Source: Candidatus Methylomirabilales bacterium | Lineage (GTDB): Bacteria > Methylomirabilota > Methylomirabilia > Methylomirabilales > CSP1-5 | Direction of reading: 5' to 3' | DNA: 17,885 nucleotides | Assembly (NCBI GenBank): GCA_046758505.1 | Contig: JBHIAH010000054.1 | Coordinates: forward strand, 1-17,885 | In this document: positions 8,306 to 16,312 of the stretch, piece by piece | Numbering within the stretch: the stretch's first letter is position 1 | Layout of the letters: the number at the start of each line of letters is the position of its first letter | Made by a program: the position numbers and the translations under genes | Notes under the pieces: generated by a model | Seen by the model: only the letters and a program-made list of their open reading frames with translations | Told to the model about the DNA's origin: nothing | Databases searched by the model: none

Positions 8306-8326
8306 TTGGACCTCGGACCTCGGAGG
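8306..8326 (+). repeat. TTGGACC-family heptamers merging into the folB SD
   Basis: ttggacc tcggacc tcggagg; the last unit contains GGAGG. Confidence 0.6.
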
Positions 8327-8334
8327 GTGGCGCG

Positions 8335-8697
8335 ATGGACAAGATTGTGATCACGGGCATTCATTTCCATGGTCACCACGGGGCCGGGGAAGAGGAGCAG
8401 ATCCTGGGGCAAAAGTTCCTCGTGGATCTGGAACTTGGCCTCGACCTTGGCCCGGCGGGCACCTCGGACGACCTGGGCCAGACGGTGGATTATGCCGACG
8501 TGGTGAAGCGGGTCACCGCGATCGGCCGGACGCAACGGTTCCGGCTCTTGGAGGCCCTCGCCGAGGCGATCGCGACGGACCTCCTTGCGCACCACAGGAT
8601 CCAGGAGGTTCGGGTGCGGGCGGTGAAATGCGCCCCACCGCTCCCGGACTGTGTGGGGTCGGCGGGGGTCGAGATCGTGCGGAGGTCAAAACGATGA
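8335..8697 (+). CDS. folB: Dihydroneopterin aldolase
   Basis: MDKIVITGIHFHGHHG, EEEQILGQKFLVD, TSDDLGQTVDYA, LLEALAE, VKCAPP. Confidence 0.93.
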   Translation: MDKIVITGIHFHGHHGAGEEEQILGQKFLVDLELGLDLGPAGTSDDLGQTVDYADVVKRVTAIGRTQRFRLLEALAEAIATDLLAHHRIQEVRVRAVKCAPPLPDCVGSAGVEIVRRSKR

Positions 8698-9221
8698 CCC
8701 GTGCCTATCTGGGTCTTGGCGCCAACCTGGGGGATCGGCGGGGAGAGTTGGAACGCGCGCTCTCTCTCCTGATCTGTCATCCCGAGATCCAGCTCGTCCG
8801 GATATCCTCTCTCTATGAAACGGAGCCGGTGGAGGTGGCCGGGGAGTGGTTTTTCAACAGCGTGGTGGAGGTGGAGACCTCCTTCTCGCCCCGGGCGGTT
8901 CTGGAGATCCTGCTGCAGGTCGAGGAGGCGTGTGGCCGGCCCCGCCTCCGGCGGCGGGGGGCGGCGCGGCGGATGGACATCGACCTGCTCCTCTTCGGTT
9001 CCCAGGTCATCCGGACGCCGGATCTTGAGGTCCCGCACCCCCGGATGCACCTTCGCCGGTTCGTTTTGGTCCCGCTGGCCGAGCTCGATCCCGGCCTGCT
9101 GCATCCGGGCCTGGGAGCCAGCATCGGTGATCTTCTGTCCCAGCTTCCTCTGGTTCCCGGGGTTCGGGTGGTGGCTCGGGATTGGTTTCCAGCCCGGGTC
9201 GGGGAAAGGTGTTTGTCATGA
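8694..9221 (+). CDS. folK: 2-amino-4-hydroxy-6-hydroxymethyldihydropteridine diphosphokinase
   Basis: AYLGLGANLGD, SSLYETEP, FFNSV, RRMDIDLL, VPHPRMHLRRFVLVPLAEL. ATGA overlap with the folB stop. Confidence 0.95.
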   Translation: MTRAYLGLGANLGDRRGELERALSLLICHPEIQLVRISSLYETEPVEVAGEWFFNSVVEVETSFSPRAVLEILLQVEEACGRPRLRRRGAARRMDIDLLLFGSQVIRTPDLEVPHPRMHLRRFVLVPLAELDPGLLHPGLGASIGDLLSQLPLVPGVRVVARDWFPARVGERCLS

Positions 9222-9865
9222 CCGCCGCGTTCGACCCGCGCTACGTCGCCGTGGAAGGACCAATCGGGGTCGGCAAGACCTCGCTGGCCGAACTCCTGGC
9301 CCAGCGCCTCGAGGCGCGCGCCGTCCTCGAGGCGGCCGAGGAGAATCCCTTTTTGAAGGATTTTTACCGGGATATGCGACTCCACGGGTTTCAGACCCAG
9401 CTGTACTTCCTCCTGACACGCTATCGTCAACAGCAGGAACTGTTGCAGTTCGACCTGTTTCGGCAGCGCGTGGTGTGCGATTATCTCTTCCCGCGGGACC
9501 GGATCTTCGCGTATCTGAGCCTGGATGACCACGAACTCGCCCTCTACGAGAAGATCCACAACCTCTTGGAGCCCCGGGTCCCCAAGCCCGACTTTGTTAT
9601 TTACTTGCAGGCGGACGTGGAGGCGTTGTATAAGAGGATTGCCATCAGGGGGCGGGCATACGAACGGGACATGCCGCGGAGCTACCTGGAAGACGTGGTC
9701 CAGGCCTACAACCACTTTTTCTTCCATTATACGGAGAGCCCCCTCTTGGTGATAAACACGACGGATATCGACTTTGTGAAGCGAAAGGGGGACCTGAACG
9801 ATCTCATCACACAAATCCAGTCGATGAAGCGGGGAACGCAGTACTACGTTCCGCTTGGATCCTAA
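9218..9865 (+). CDS. Deoxynucleoside kinase family protein
   Basis: VEGPIGVGKTSL P-loop, ENPFL..FY, FQTQLYFLLTRYRQ, PDFVIYL, RGRAYE lid. ATGA overlap with folK. Confidence 0.92.
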   Translation: MTAAFDPRYVAVEGPIGVGKTSLAELLAQRLEARAVLEAAEENPFLKDFYRDMRLHGFQTQLYFLLTRYRQQQELLQFDLFRQRVVCDYLFPRDRIFAYLSLDDHELALYEKIHNLLEPRVPKPDFVIYLQADVEALYKRIAIRGRAYERDMPRSYLEDVVQAYNHFFFHYTESPLLVINTTDIDFVKRKGDLNDLITQIQSMKRGTQYYVPLGS

Positions 9866-9880
9866 ATCGGACCGAGACGG
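9851..9880 (+). promoter_or_regulatory. pan RNA motif-like stem-loop with bulged adenosines
   Basis: CCG-CTTGG-A-TCC-[TAAATC]-GGA-CCGAG-A-CGG folds as one hairpin with bulged As, upstream of panBCD. This matches the description of the pan motif as recalled; not verified by a model search. Confidence 0.5.
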
Positions 9881-9982
9881 GTAGGAAAGGCCGCTTGACC
9901 CGCGGGATGTGCCACCCTGAACACGTGGCGTCGGGAGTGGCGAATTCACGTGGGGCGTCAGGGCGGCATGGTCACACGAAGA

Positions 9983-10015
9983 CCTCCCGGCACGGCCGGG
10001 AGGCCTTTTCTTTTT
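9983..10015 (+). terminator. Rho-independent terminator/attenuator upstream of panB
   Basis: 9-bp perfect stem cctcccggc-acg-gccgggagg followed by ccttttcttttt. Confidence 0.85.
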
Positions 10016-10098
10016 GGTTCAGAGTTCAGGGTTCGTAGTTCATGGATTAAGAACCTGGATTTACCATGAACCATCAACCATGAACCATGAACCATCGA
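10016..10098 (+). repeat. Palindromic heptamer element, copy 2
   Basis: ggttcag agttcag ggttcgt agttcat gg + attaagaacctggattta + ccatgaa ccatcaa ccatgaa ccatgaa ccatcga, abutting the panB SD. Confidence 0.9.
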
Positions 10099-10113
10099 AA
10101 GGAGGGATCGATC

Positions 10114-10998
10114 GTGAAGGCAGGGCGGGTAACGACGGTCACCTTGGGCGAGATGAAGGGTCGCGGTGAAAAAATCAGCATGCTCACCGCGTACGATTAC
10201 CCCGTCGCCCGGCTGCTGGATGAGGCGGGGATCGAGGTGGTCCTGGTCGGGGATTCGCTGGCCATGGTGGGGCTGGGGTACGAGACCACCCTGCCGGTCA
10301 CCATGGAGGAGATGCTTCATCATGTTCGGGCCGTGAGCCGGGGGGTGAAGCGGGCCTTGGTCGTCGCCGATATGCCCTTTGGGTCGTATCAGGCGAGCCT
10401 GGAAGAGGGGGTGAGGAACGCCGGTCGATTTCTCAAGGAGGCCGGAGCGCAGGCGGTCAAGCTGGAGGGGGGTGAGGAGGTGGCAGACCTCACGCGGCGC
10501 CTGACGAGCGTCGGCATCCCGGTGATGGGGCACCTGGGCCTCACCCCGCAGATGGTCCATCAGTTCGGAGGCTTCAAGGTGCAGGCCCGGACCGCGGCCG
10601 CCGCCGAGCATCTCTTGGAGCAGGCCCTGCTGCTCGAGGCGGTGGGGAGCTTCGCCCTCGTCCTCGAGAGCGTTCCCTGGCAGGTGGCAGAGGCCGTCAC
10701 CGCCGCGCTCCGGATCCCCACCATCGGGATTGGGGCGGGGTCTTCCTGCGACGGCCAGGTGCTCGTGACCAACGACCTCCTGGGCCTCTTCGACGACTTT
10801 ACCCCGAAATTCGTCAAGCGATACGCTGCACTGAAAGAGACCATCACGACAGCCTTTGCGCAGTACCACCGGGAGGTCAAGGCGGGCCAGTTCCCGGGGC
10901 CCGAACACGCCTTCCGTCTCGATGAGGGGGAGAGCCGGCGGTGGGAGCAGCATTGCAACCGACGGGGTCGGCAGATCAAGACCCTCCGGAGAGGCTGA
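10114..10998 (+). CDS. panB: 3-methyl-2-oxobutanoate hydroxymethyltransferase
   Basis: MLTAYD, LVGDSL, VADMPFGSY, AVKLEGG, MGHLGLTPQ, TIGIGAG..CDGQVLV. GTG 10114 after AAGGAGGG. Confidence 0.96.
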   Translation: MKAGRVTTVTLGEMKGRGEKISMLTAYDYPVARLLDEAGIEVVLVGDSLAMVGLGYETTLPVTMEEMLHHVRAVSRGVKRALVVADMPFGSYQASLEEGVRNAGRFLKEAGAQAVKLEGGEEVADLTRRLTSVGIPVMGHLGLTPQMVHQFGGFKVQARTAAAAEHLLEQALLLEAVGSFALVLESVPWQVAEAVTAALRIPTIGIGAGSSCDGQVLVTNDLLGLFDDFTPKFVKRYAALKETITTAFAQYHREVKAGQFPGPEHAFRLDEGESRRWEQHCNRRGRQIKTLRRG

Positions 10999-11007
10999 GG
11001 TGCGCCG

Positions 11008-11856
11008 ATGGAGATCGTCCGCGATGTTCCGACCATGCAGAAGAGGGTGACGGCGCTCCGACGGCAGGAAAAAGCAATCGGCTTCGTCCCCACCATGGGG
11101 TCCCTCCACGAAGGACACCTCTCCCTCTGCCGGGCTGCGCGCCGCGAGAACGACATCCTGGCGGTCAGCATCTTTGTCAACCCCACCCAGTTTGATCGCC
11201 GAGAGGATCTGGAGAGTTATCCGGTCAATTGCGAAGGGGATCTCGCCGGGGCGGCAGCGGAGGGAGCCGATCTCGTCTTCGTCCCCGAGCAAAAGACCAT
11301 GTACCCACGCGGCTATGACACGTTTATCGAGGTGGGGGAGCTCGCGCGCCGGTGGGAGGGGGCGTACCGCCCCGGGCATTTCCGGGGGGTGGCGACGGTG
11401 GTGGTGAAGCTCTTCCATATCGTCACGCCCCACCGGGCCTATTTCGGCCAGAAGGATTATCAGCAGGCCCGCGTCGTGGAGCGGATGGTCCACGATCTCG
11501 ACATGGATATTGCGGTGATTGTGCTGCCGACCGTCCGGGAGCCGGATGGTCTGGCCATGAGTTCCCGCAACGTCAACCTGACGCCGGAGGAGCGGCGACA
11601 GGCCCCGGTGCTCTACCGGGCGCTGTGCGAAGCTGCCGATCGGGTCAAGAGCGGGGAGGTCGATGCCCGGGCCCTCGCAGAGGGGATAGAGCGAGAGATC
11701 CAAAAGGGGACCTCTGCCAGCATTGACTATGTTGCCGTGTGCCATCCCGAGTCGCTGGAGCCCTTGACCCAGGTGGAGGGCCCCGCCGTGGCGCTCCTGG
11801 CCGTCCGCTTTTCGCGGGCGCGTCTCATCGACAACCTTGTCATCGGTGCCCACTAG
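11008..11856 (+). CDS. panC: Pantoate--beta-alanine ligase
   Basis: FVPTMGSLHEGH, SIFVNPTQF, RPGHFRGV, FGQKDYQQ, REPDGLAMSSRN, RLIDN. Confidence 0.97.
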   Translation: MEIVRDVPTMQKRVTALRRQEKAIGFVPTMGSLHEGHLSLCRAARRENDILAVSIFVNPTQFDRREDLESYPVNCEGDLAGAAAEGADLVFVPEQKTMYPRGYDTFIEVGELARRWEGAYRPGHFRGVATVVVKLFHIVTPHRAYFGQKDYQQARVVERMVHDLDMDIAVIVLPTVREPDGLAMSSRNVNLTPEERRQAPVLYRALCEAADRVKSGEVDARALAEGIEREIQKGTSASIDYVAVCHPESLEPLTQVEGPAVALLAVRFSRARLIDNLVIGAH

Positions 11857-11868
11857 CGGGAGGGGGCA

Positions 11869-12225
11869 GTGCATCGGATCATGTTGGTTTCCAAGATCCA
11901 TCGGGCCGTGGCGCAGGCGGTAAACCTCGAGTACGAGGGAAGCATCACCATCGATGATGCGATCCTGACTGCTGCCGATATCCTCCCCTACCAGCAGGTC
12001 CAGGTGTATAACGTGAACAGCGGGACTCGTTTTGAGACCTACGCCATCGCCGGCGAGGGTGGCTCGGGGACGATTGTCGTCAACGGGGCGGCAGCACGGC
12101 TGGTGCAGCCGGGCGACCGCTTGATCATTGCGGCCTACGCGCTGGTTGAGGAAGCTCGGGCCGCAGAGCACAAACCCCGCATCGTCCTGCTGGACGAGCA
12201 GAACCGGATTGCCGCCACGCTTTGA
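11869..12225 (+). CDS. panD: Aspartate 1-decarboxylase
   Basis: SKIHRA, YEG/SITID self-cleavage site, RFETYAI, NGAAAR, GDRLII. Confidence 0.95.
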   Translation: MHRIMLVSKIHRAVAQAVNLEYEGSITIDDAILTAADILPYQQVQVYNVNSGTRFETYAIAGEGGSGTIVVNGAAARLVQPGDRLIIAAYALVEEARAAEHKPRIVLLDEQNRIAATL

Positions 12226-12380
12226 TTGGGGTGGTGGCGGTCGGGACACTCGCTTGGGCGTCCCAAGTTCGGGCATCTCTCCCCCGTGACCCCATATTTG
12301 CCCGCCTATTTGATCTCTCCCCCAAGATAGTGGGCTTGCCTCCCGACAAGAAAAAAATCATCGGAAGGGGTTGATTTTGC

Positions 12381-12409
12381 TTGACAAGGAGGTTCCGAAC
12401 GGATACTTT
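12381..12409 (+). promoter_or_regulatory. sigma70-type dcw (Pmra) promoter
   Basis: TTGACA (12381-12386), 17 bp spacer, TACTTT (12404-12409). Confidence 0.7.
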
Positions 12410-12415
12410 CTGCGG

Positions 12416-12453
12416 AAAGTGGGATAAAGTGGAATGGAATGGTACAAAGTGTG
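12416..12453 (+). promoter_or_regulatory. MraZ-binding repeats
   Basis: GTGGG 12419, GTGGA 12429, ATGGT 12439, GTGTG 12449: 10-bp periodic GTGG-type boxes as known upstream of mraZ. Confidence 0.8.
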
Positions 12454-12470
12454 CATGTTAGGGGAGCGCG

Positions 12471-12914
12471 ATGAGGTTCATCGGACGGTTTCCGCACACG
12501 ATCGACGATAAGGGCCGTCTCAGCATCCCTTCCAGGTTCCGCCAAACGTTACAGGACAGGGGACAGAATATCCTTGTCCTCACGGACTTTGATACCTGCA
12601 TCACCGCCTACCCGCTTGATGTCTGGGCGCGCCTAGAAGAAAAGATCCAAAGCCAGAGCAACTTTGAAAAGGACATCCGCGCCTTCCTGCGCCTGTTTTA
12701 CTCCGGGGCGAGTGAGTGCCCGGTCGATGGGCAGGGGCGCATTTTGGTCCCCCCCCAGCATCGGGAGAAGGCCGAACTGAGTCGGGAGGTGATGATCGTG
12801 GGGGCCCTCAATCGGATCGAGATCTGGGATCGGGAGCGGTGGGAGCAATTCCTGACCGCCGCCCCGGTGACCTTCGAAGACATCGCCAGCAAGCTGGCGC
12901 AGCTCGGGATCTAA
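12471..12914 (+). CDS. mraZ: Division/cell wall cluster transcriptional repressor MraZ
   Basis: HTIDDKGRLSIPSRFR, VDGQGRILVP, IEIWD (tandem SpoVT/AbrB repeats). Confidence 0.96.
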   Translation: MRFIGRFPHTIDDKGRLSIPSRFRQTLQDRGQNILVLTDFDTCITAYPLDVWARLEEKIQSQSNFEKDIRAFLRLFYSGASECPVDGQGRILVPPQHREKAELSREVMIVGALNRIEIWDRERWEQFLTAAPVTFEDIASKLAQLGI

Positions 12915-12928
12915 CGAAGGAGGAGAGG

Positions 12929-13288
12929 ATGGTGGTCGAGAAGCGGAAGACGGAACGCATCGCGATATTCCGGTTGGACGGGTCAGTTGATCTGTTGCGG
13001 ATGATGGGGCTGCGGGATGCCATCATCAGGGTGGTGGCGGAGGGCTACCTTCAAGTCATCCTGGACTGTCGCCTCGTTGATGCGGTGAATGAAAAGGGCC
13101 TGGAGGTCCTCACCACTACCCTCTGCCGGCTCCGGCGCCTGGGTGGCGATGTGAGTCTCCTTGCCCTCCCACTTCACGTTGAGGAGACATTTCGGGCCGC
13201 CGGCGTGTACCCCTTCTATGAGCACTATGCGGAGGAGTGGGGAGCACGAAAGGCCTGTCAGCAGAAGCGGCTTGCCATGGCGGGATGA
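12929..13288 (+). CDS. STAS domain protein (anti-sigma antagonist-like, 119 aa)
   Basis: Strong AAGGAGGAG SD before ATG 12929. IFRLDGSVD...VILDCRLVDAVNEKGL..L......R..GGDVSL...V...F...G matches the STAS pattern. Stop overlaps the rsmH ATG. Confidence 0.8.
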   Translation: MVVEKRKTERIAIFRLDGSVDLLRMMGLRDAIIRVVAEGYLQVILDCRLVDAVNEKGLEVLTTTLCRLRRLGGDVSLLALPLHVEETFRAAGVYPFYEHYAEEWGARKACQQKRLAMAG

Positions 13289-14205
13289 CGAGTGGGCATA
13301 TCCCGGTCCTGGTTCGGGAAGTGCTGGCCGCCCTTCGACCGAGGCCAGGGGGGATGTACGTGGATTGCACGGTCGGGGCCGGCGGCCACACGGAGGCGAT
13401 TCTGGAGGCGGCGGGCCCGGCGGCTCGGGTGGTGGGGATTGATCGGGACCCCGAGGCGATCAGGGTTGCCCGGAGTCGACTGGAACGTTTTGGGGATCGG
13501 GTGGAGTTGGTCGGGGGGGATTTCCGAGAGTTGCCTCGCTTGGTCCCGGATCTTCCCCTGGGGGGGTATGATGGGGTCCTCTTTGATCTGGGGGTCTCGT
13601 CGTTGCAGCTAGACGATCCGAGCCGGGGGTTTGGCTTTAGCACGGAGGGTCCTCTCGATATGCGGATGGATCGAGAGCATGGTGGTCGGACGGCCCGGGA
13701 TCTCCTCCACGAACTTCCCGAGGGGCAGCTCACCCAGATCATCCGGGAGTACGGAGAGGAGCGGTGGGCCCGACAGATCGCCCGAGGGGTCGTGACCGCC
13801 CGGAGGCAGGGGTCCCTGGAGAGTACGCGGGATCTGGCCGCAGTGGTGGCCCGGGCCATTCCGCGGCGTCTGTGGCCCCGCCGGATCCATCCAGCCACCC
13901 GCACCTTTCAGGCGATCCGCATCGCCGTGAATCAAGAGCTTCAGGGGCTGGAGGGGGTGCTCGAGGAGGCGACGGGTCTGCTCAAGCCTGGCGGCCGGAT
14001 CTGTGCTATCGCTTTTCACTCCCTGGAAGATCGGGTGGTCAAGCATCTCTTCCGCCGGCTGGCGGTCGCCGGGTCGATCCCCGGCGTGCGGATCCTGACC
14101 CGGCACCCTGTCACGCCGTCACCGGAGGAGATCGCGCGGAACCCTCGCGCGCGCAGTGCCAAGCTACGGGCCGCGGAGCGGCGGGACATCGAGGATGACG
14201 CCTAA
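13285..14205 (+). CDS. rsmH: 16S rRNA m4C1402 methyltransferase
   Basis: HIPVL, VDCTVGAGGH, FDLGVSSLQLD..RGF, GPLDMRMD, HPATRTFQAIRIAVNQE, FHSLEDR, NPRARSAKLR. Confidence 0.97.
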   Translation: MTSGHIPVLVREVLAALRPRPGGMYVDCTVGAGGHTEAILEAAGPAARVVGIDRDPEAIRVARSRLERFGDRVELVGGDFRELPRLVPDLPLGGYDGVLFDLGVSSLQLDDPSRGFGFSTEGPLDMRMDREHGGRTARDLLHELPEGQLTQIIREYGEERWARQIARGVVTARRQGSLESTRDLAAVVARAIPRRLWPRRIHPATRTFQAIRIAVNQELQGLEGVLEEATGLLKPGGRICAIAFHSLEDRVVKHLFRRLAVAGSIPGVRILTRHPVTPSPEEIARNPRARSAKLRAAERRDIEDDA

Positions 14206-14557
14206 CGTCCGTTCGGGATGGATGCAGCAGGAACTCCCCTTTGGTATCCGGGCGCGGCGAGGGAAGGGGCGACGCCACCCGGAACTCAAGCTGGGGCTTC
14301 TCGTCGGCGGCGTCCTCCTGCTCGGCATGCTGTGCTACGTGTGGCAGCATATCCAGGTCGTGCGTCTCGGCTATCAGATCGAACGGTTCCGGGAAACACG
14401 GTCCGCCCTGATCCAGGAAGGGAAGGGGCTGCGGGTGGAACTCAGCCGACTCCGCTCTCTGACGAGGGTTGAAGAGGTTGCCCGAGGTAAGCTGGGTATG
14501 GTCAATCCCGGTCCCGGCCAGATCATCCTGCTCACGGAAACGGAGGAGGGAGGCTAA
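14195..14557 (+). CDS. ftsL: Cell division protein FtsL
   Basis: Basic N-terminus, one TM segment, coiled coil ending RVEEVARGKLGM..P; lies between rsmH and ftsI. Start could be 14222. Confidence 0.85.
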   Translation: MTPNVRSGWMQQELPFGIRARRGKGRRHPELKLGLLVGGVLLLGMLCYVWQHIQVVRLGYQIERFRETRSALIQEGKGLRVELSRLRSLTRVEEVARGKLGMVNPGPGQIILLTETEEGG

Positions 14558-14575
14558 GCCCATGGAGGATTGCCG

Positions 14576-16312
14576 ATGACCGGTTCCGGCGGCACCCCCT
14601 CCCGGATCAGGATCGCCCTCGTGGTGTTCGGGCTCACGACGTTTTTGGGCCTGGTGGCCGCCCGTCTGTACTTCATCCAGGTCATCCGCCATCACGATCT
14701 CGGCACCCGAGCCCGGGGACAGTATGAGCGCCGCATCCCGGTCACCGCGCGGCGGGGGACGGTCTATGATCGCAGTGGCCGGGCGTTGGCGGTCAGCCTG
14801 GATGCGAAGTCGGTCTTTGTGCATCCCGGCTTGGTCCGGGATCCCCGCACCACCGCATCCCGGCTGGCCAAGGTGCTCAAGCTTCCCGCGCGCCAGATTC
14901 GGGCCAAGCTCCGGGAAGATCGGCCCTTCGTCTGGATCCGGCGCAAGGTCGATCCGGGTCGGGCGGAGGTCCTCGCCAAGCTCAACCTGCCGGGGGTCGG
15001 TCTTGTTCCCGAAGGGAAACGGTATTATCCTAAAAAGAAGCTCGCGGCCCACCTCATCGGATTTGTGGGGGTGGATGAGAGGGGACTGGAAGGGTTAGAG
15101 CTGGAGTACGACCGTCTGTTGACCGGCGGGCCCCGGGCCTTCGTCAGCCGGGTGGATGCCAAGGGGCGGATCGTCTTTCGAGAATCCGAGGACAGCCAGC
15201 TAGGCTCGGACCTCTATCTCACCGTCGATGAGGTGATCCAGCATGTGGCAGAGCGGGAGCTCGGCGCGGCGGTCCAACGCTCCGGGGCGAGGGCAGGAAC
15301 GGTCATCGTGATGGATCCCGCCACCGGGGAGATCCTGGCCCTGGCGAACACCCCCTCCTTTAACCCCAACGTCTACGGGAGCTCTCCCTCCGCCTTCCGC
15401 CGGAACCGCGCCTTGACCGACCCCTATGAGCCCGGATCTACTTTCAAGCCGGTTCTCGCGGCCGCAGCCCTGGAGGAGGGGCTGGTTCGTCCCAACGACC
15501 TCTTTTACGGCGAAGGGGGAGTCATCGAGGTGGCGGGGGTGAAGATCCGGGATCACGAGCGGTACGGGTGGATGACCTTCCGAGATGTCCTGGCCTTCTC
15601 CAGCAATGTGGGGGCCGTCAAGGTCGGGATGAAGGTGGGGAAGGACCGATTCTATAGCTATATCTCAAGCTTCGGGTTTGGCGTCCCGACCGGCGTGGAT
15701 CTGCCCGGCGAGAGTCGCGGCCGGATCCGGCGGCCGCGCCAGTGGTCGCGCCTCTCCCTCGGGGCCCTCTCGATCGGCCACGAAATCTCCGCCACGCCCA
15801 TCCAACTCATCACCGCCATGAGTGTCGTGGCCAACGGGGGCTCCCTGGTCCGCCCCTACGTGCTCGCGGCGGTTCGCCATCCCGATGGGAGGGTCGAGGA
15901 GATGCGGCCCCTCGCCATCCGGCGAGTCATCTCGCCCGGAACCGCGCGAACCCTCACCTCGATCCTCACCGAGGTCGTGGAGCGGGGGACGGGACAGGCG
16001 GCCGCGCTGCCCGGCTACCGCGTGGCCGGCAAGACCGGGACGGCACAAAAGTTCGACCGGCACACCGGAGCCTATTCGCACACGAAGGTCGTGGCGTTTT
16101 TCGTCGGCTACGTCCCCGCCGAGAACCCCCGCTGTGCCATCCTGGTGCTGATTGATGAGCCGGAACGCTTTGCCTGGGGGGGGAGCGTGGCGGCGCCGGT
16201 CTTTCGGGAGATCGCCCGGGAAGTTGTGAGCTATCTGGAAATTCCCCCTGCCCCCCCCCGAGAGAAGCGGATTGCCCGGAGGCCCGGTGAAACGTCTACG
16301 AGAGTTAATTGA
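14576..16312 (+). CDS. ftsI: Class B penicillin-binding protein (PBP3/FtsI)
   Basis: N-terminal TM, RGTVYDR, RYYP, GLEGLE, EPGSTFK (SxxK), SSN, GKTGT. No recognisable PASTA domain. Confidence 0.92.
   Translation: MTGSGGTPSRIRIALVVFGLTTFLGLVAARLYFIQVIRHHDLGTRARGQYERRIPVTARRGTVYDRSGRALAVSLDAKSVFVHPGLVRDPRTTASRLAKVLKLPARQIRAKLREDRPFVWIRRKVDPGRAEVLAKLNLPGVGLVPEGKRYYPKKKLAAHLIGFVGVDERGLEGLELEYDRLLTGGPRAFVSRVDAKGRIVFRESEDSQLGSDLYLTVDEVIQHVAERELGAAVQRSGARAGTVIVMDPATGEILALANTPSFNPNVYGSSPSAFRRNRALTDPYEPGSTFKPVLAAAALEEGLVRPNDLFYGEGGVIEVAGVKIRDHERYGWMTFRDVLAFSSNVGAVKVGMKVGKDRFYSYISSFGFGVPTGVDLPGESRGRIRRPRQWSRLSLGALSIGHEISATPIQLITAMSVVANGGSLVRPYVLAAVRHPDGRVEEMRPLAIRRVISPGTARTLTSILTEVVERGTGQAAALPGYRVAGKTGTAQKFDRHTGAYSHTKVVAFFVGYVPAENPRCAILVLIDEPERFAWGGSVAAPVFREIAREVVSYLEIPPAPPREKRIARRPGETSTRVN

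Noticed and set aside
8229..8693. N-terminal extensions in the ORF track (folK from 8229; likewise dapA 4286, panB 10087, STAS 12716, rsmH 13237)
   Set aside because: They run through repeats or neighbouring genes; downstream starts with SD sequences or ATGA overlaps match family N-termini.
9896..9974. Long hairpin as 6S or SRP RNA
   Set aside because: Too short for 6S with no central bubble; no SRP GNRA domain IV motif. Position fits a cis-leader better.
8205..10098. Heptamer elements as a CRISPR array
   Set aside because: No regular repeat-spacer units, copies are kilobases apart, cores are related rather than unique, and there are no cas genes.
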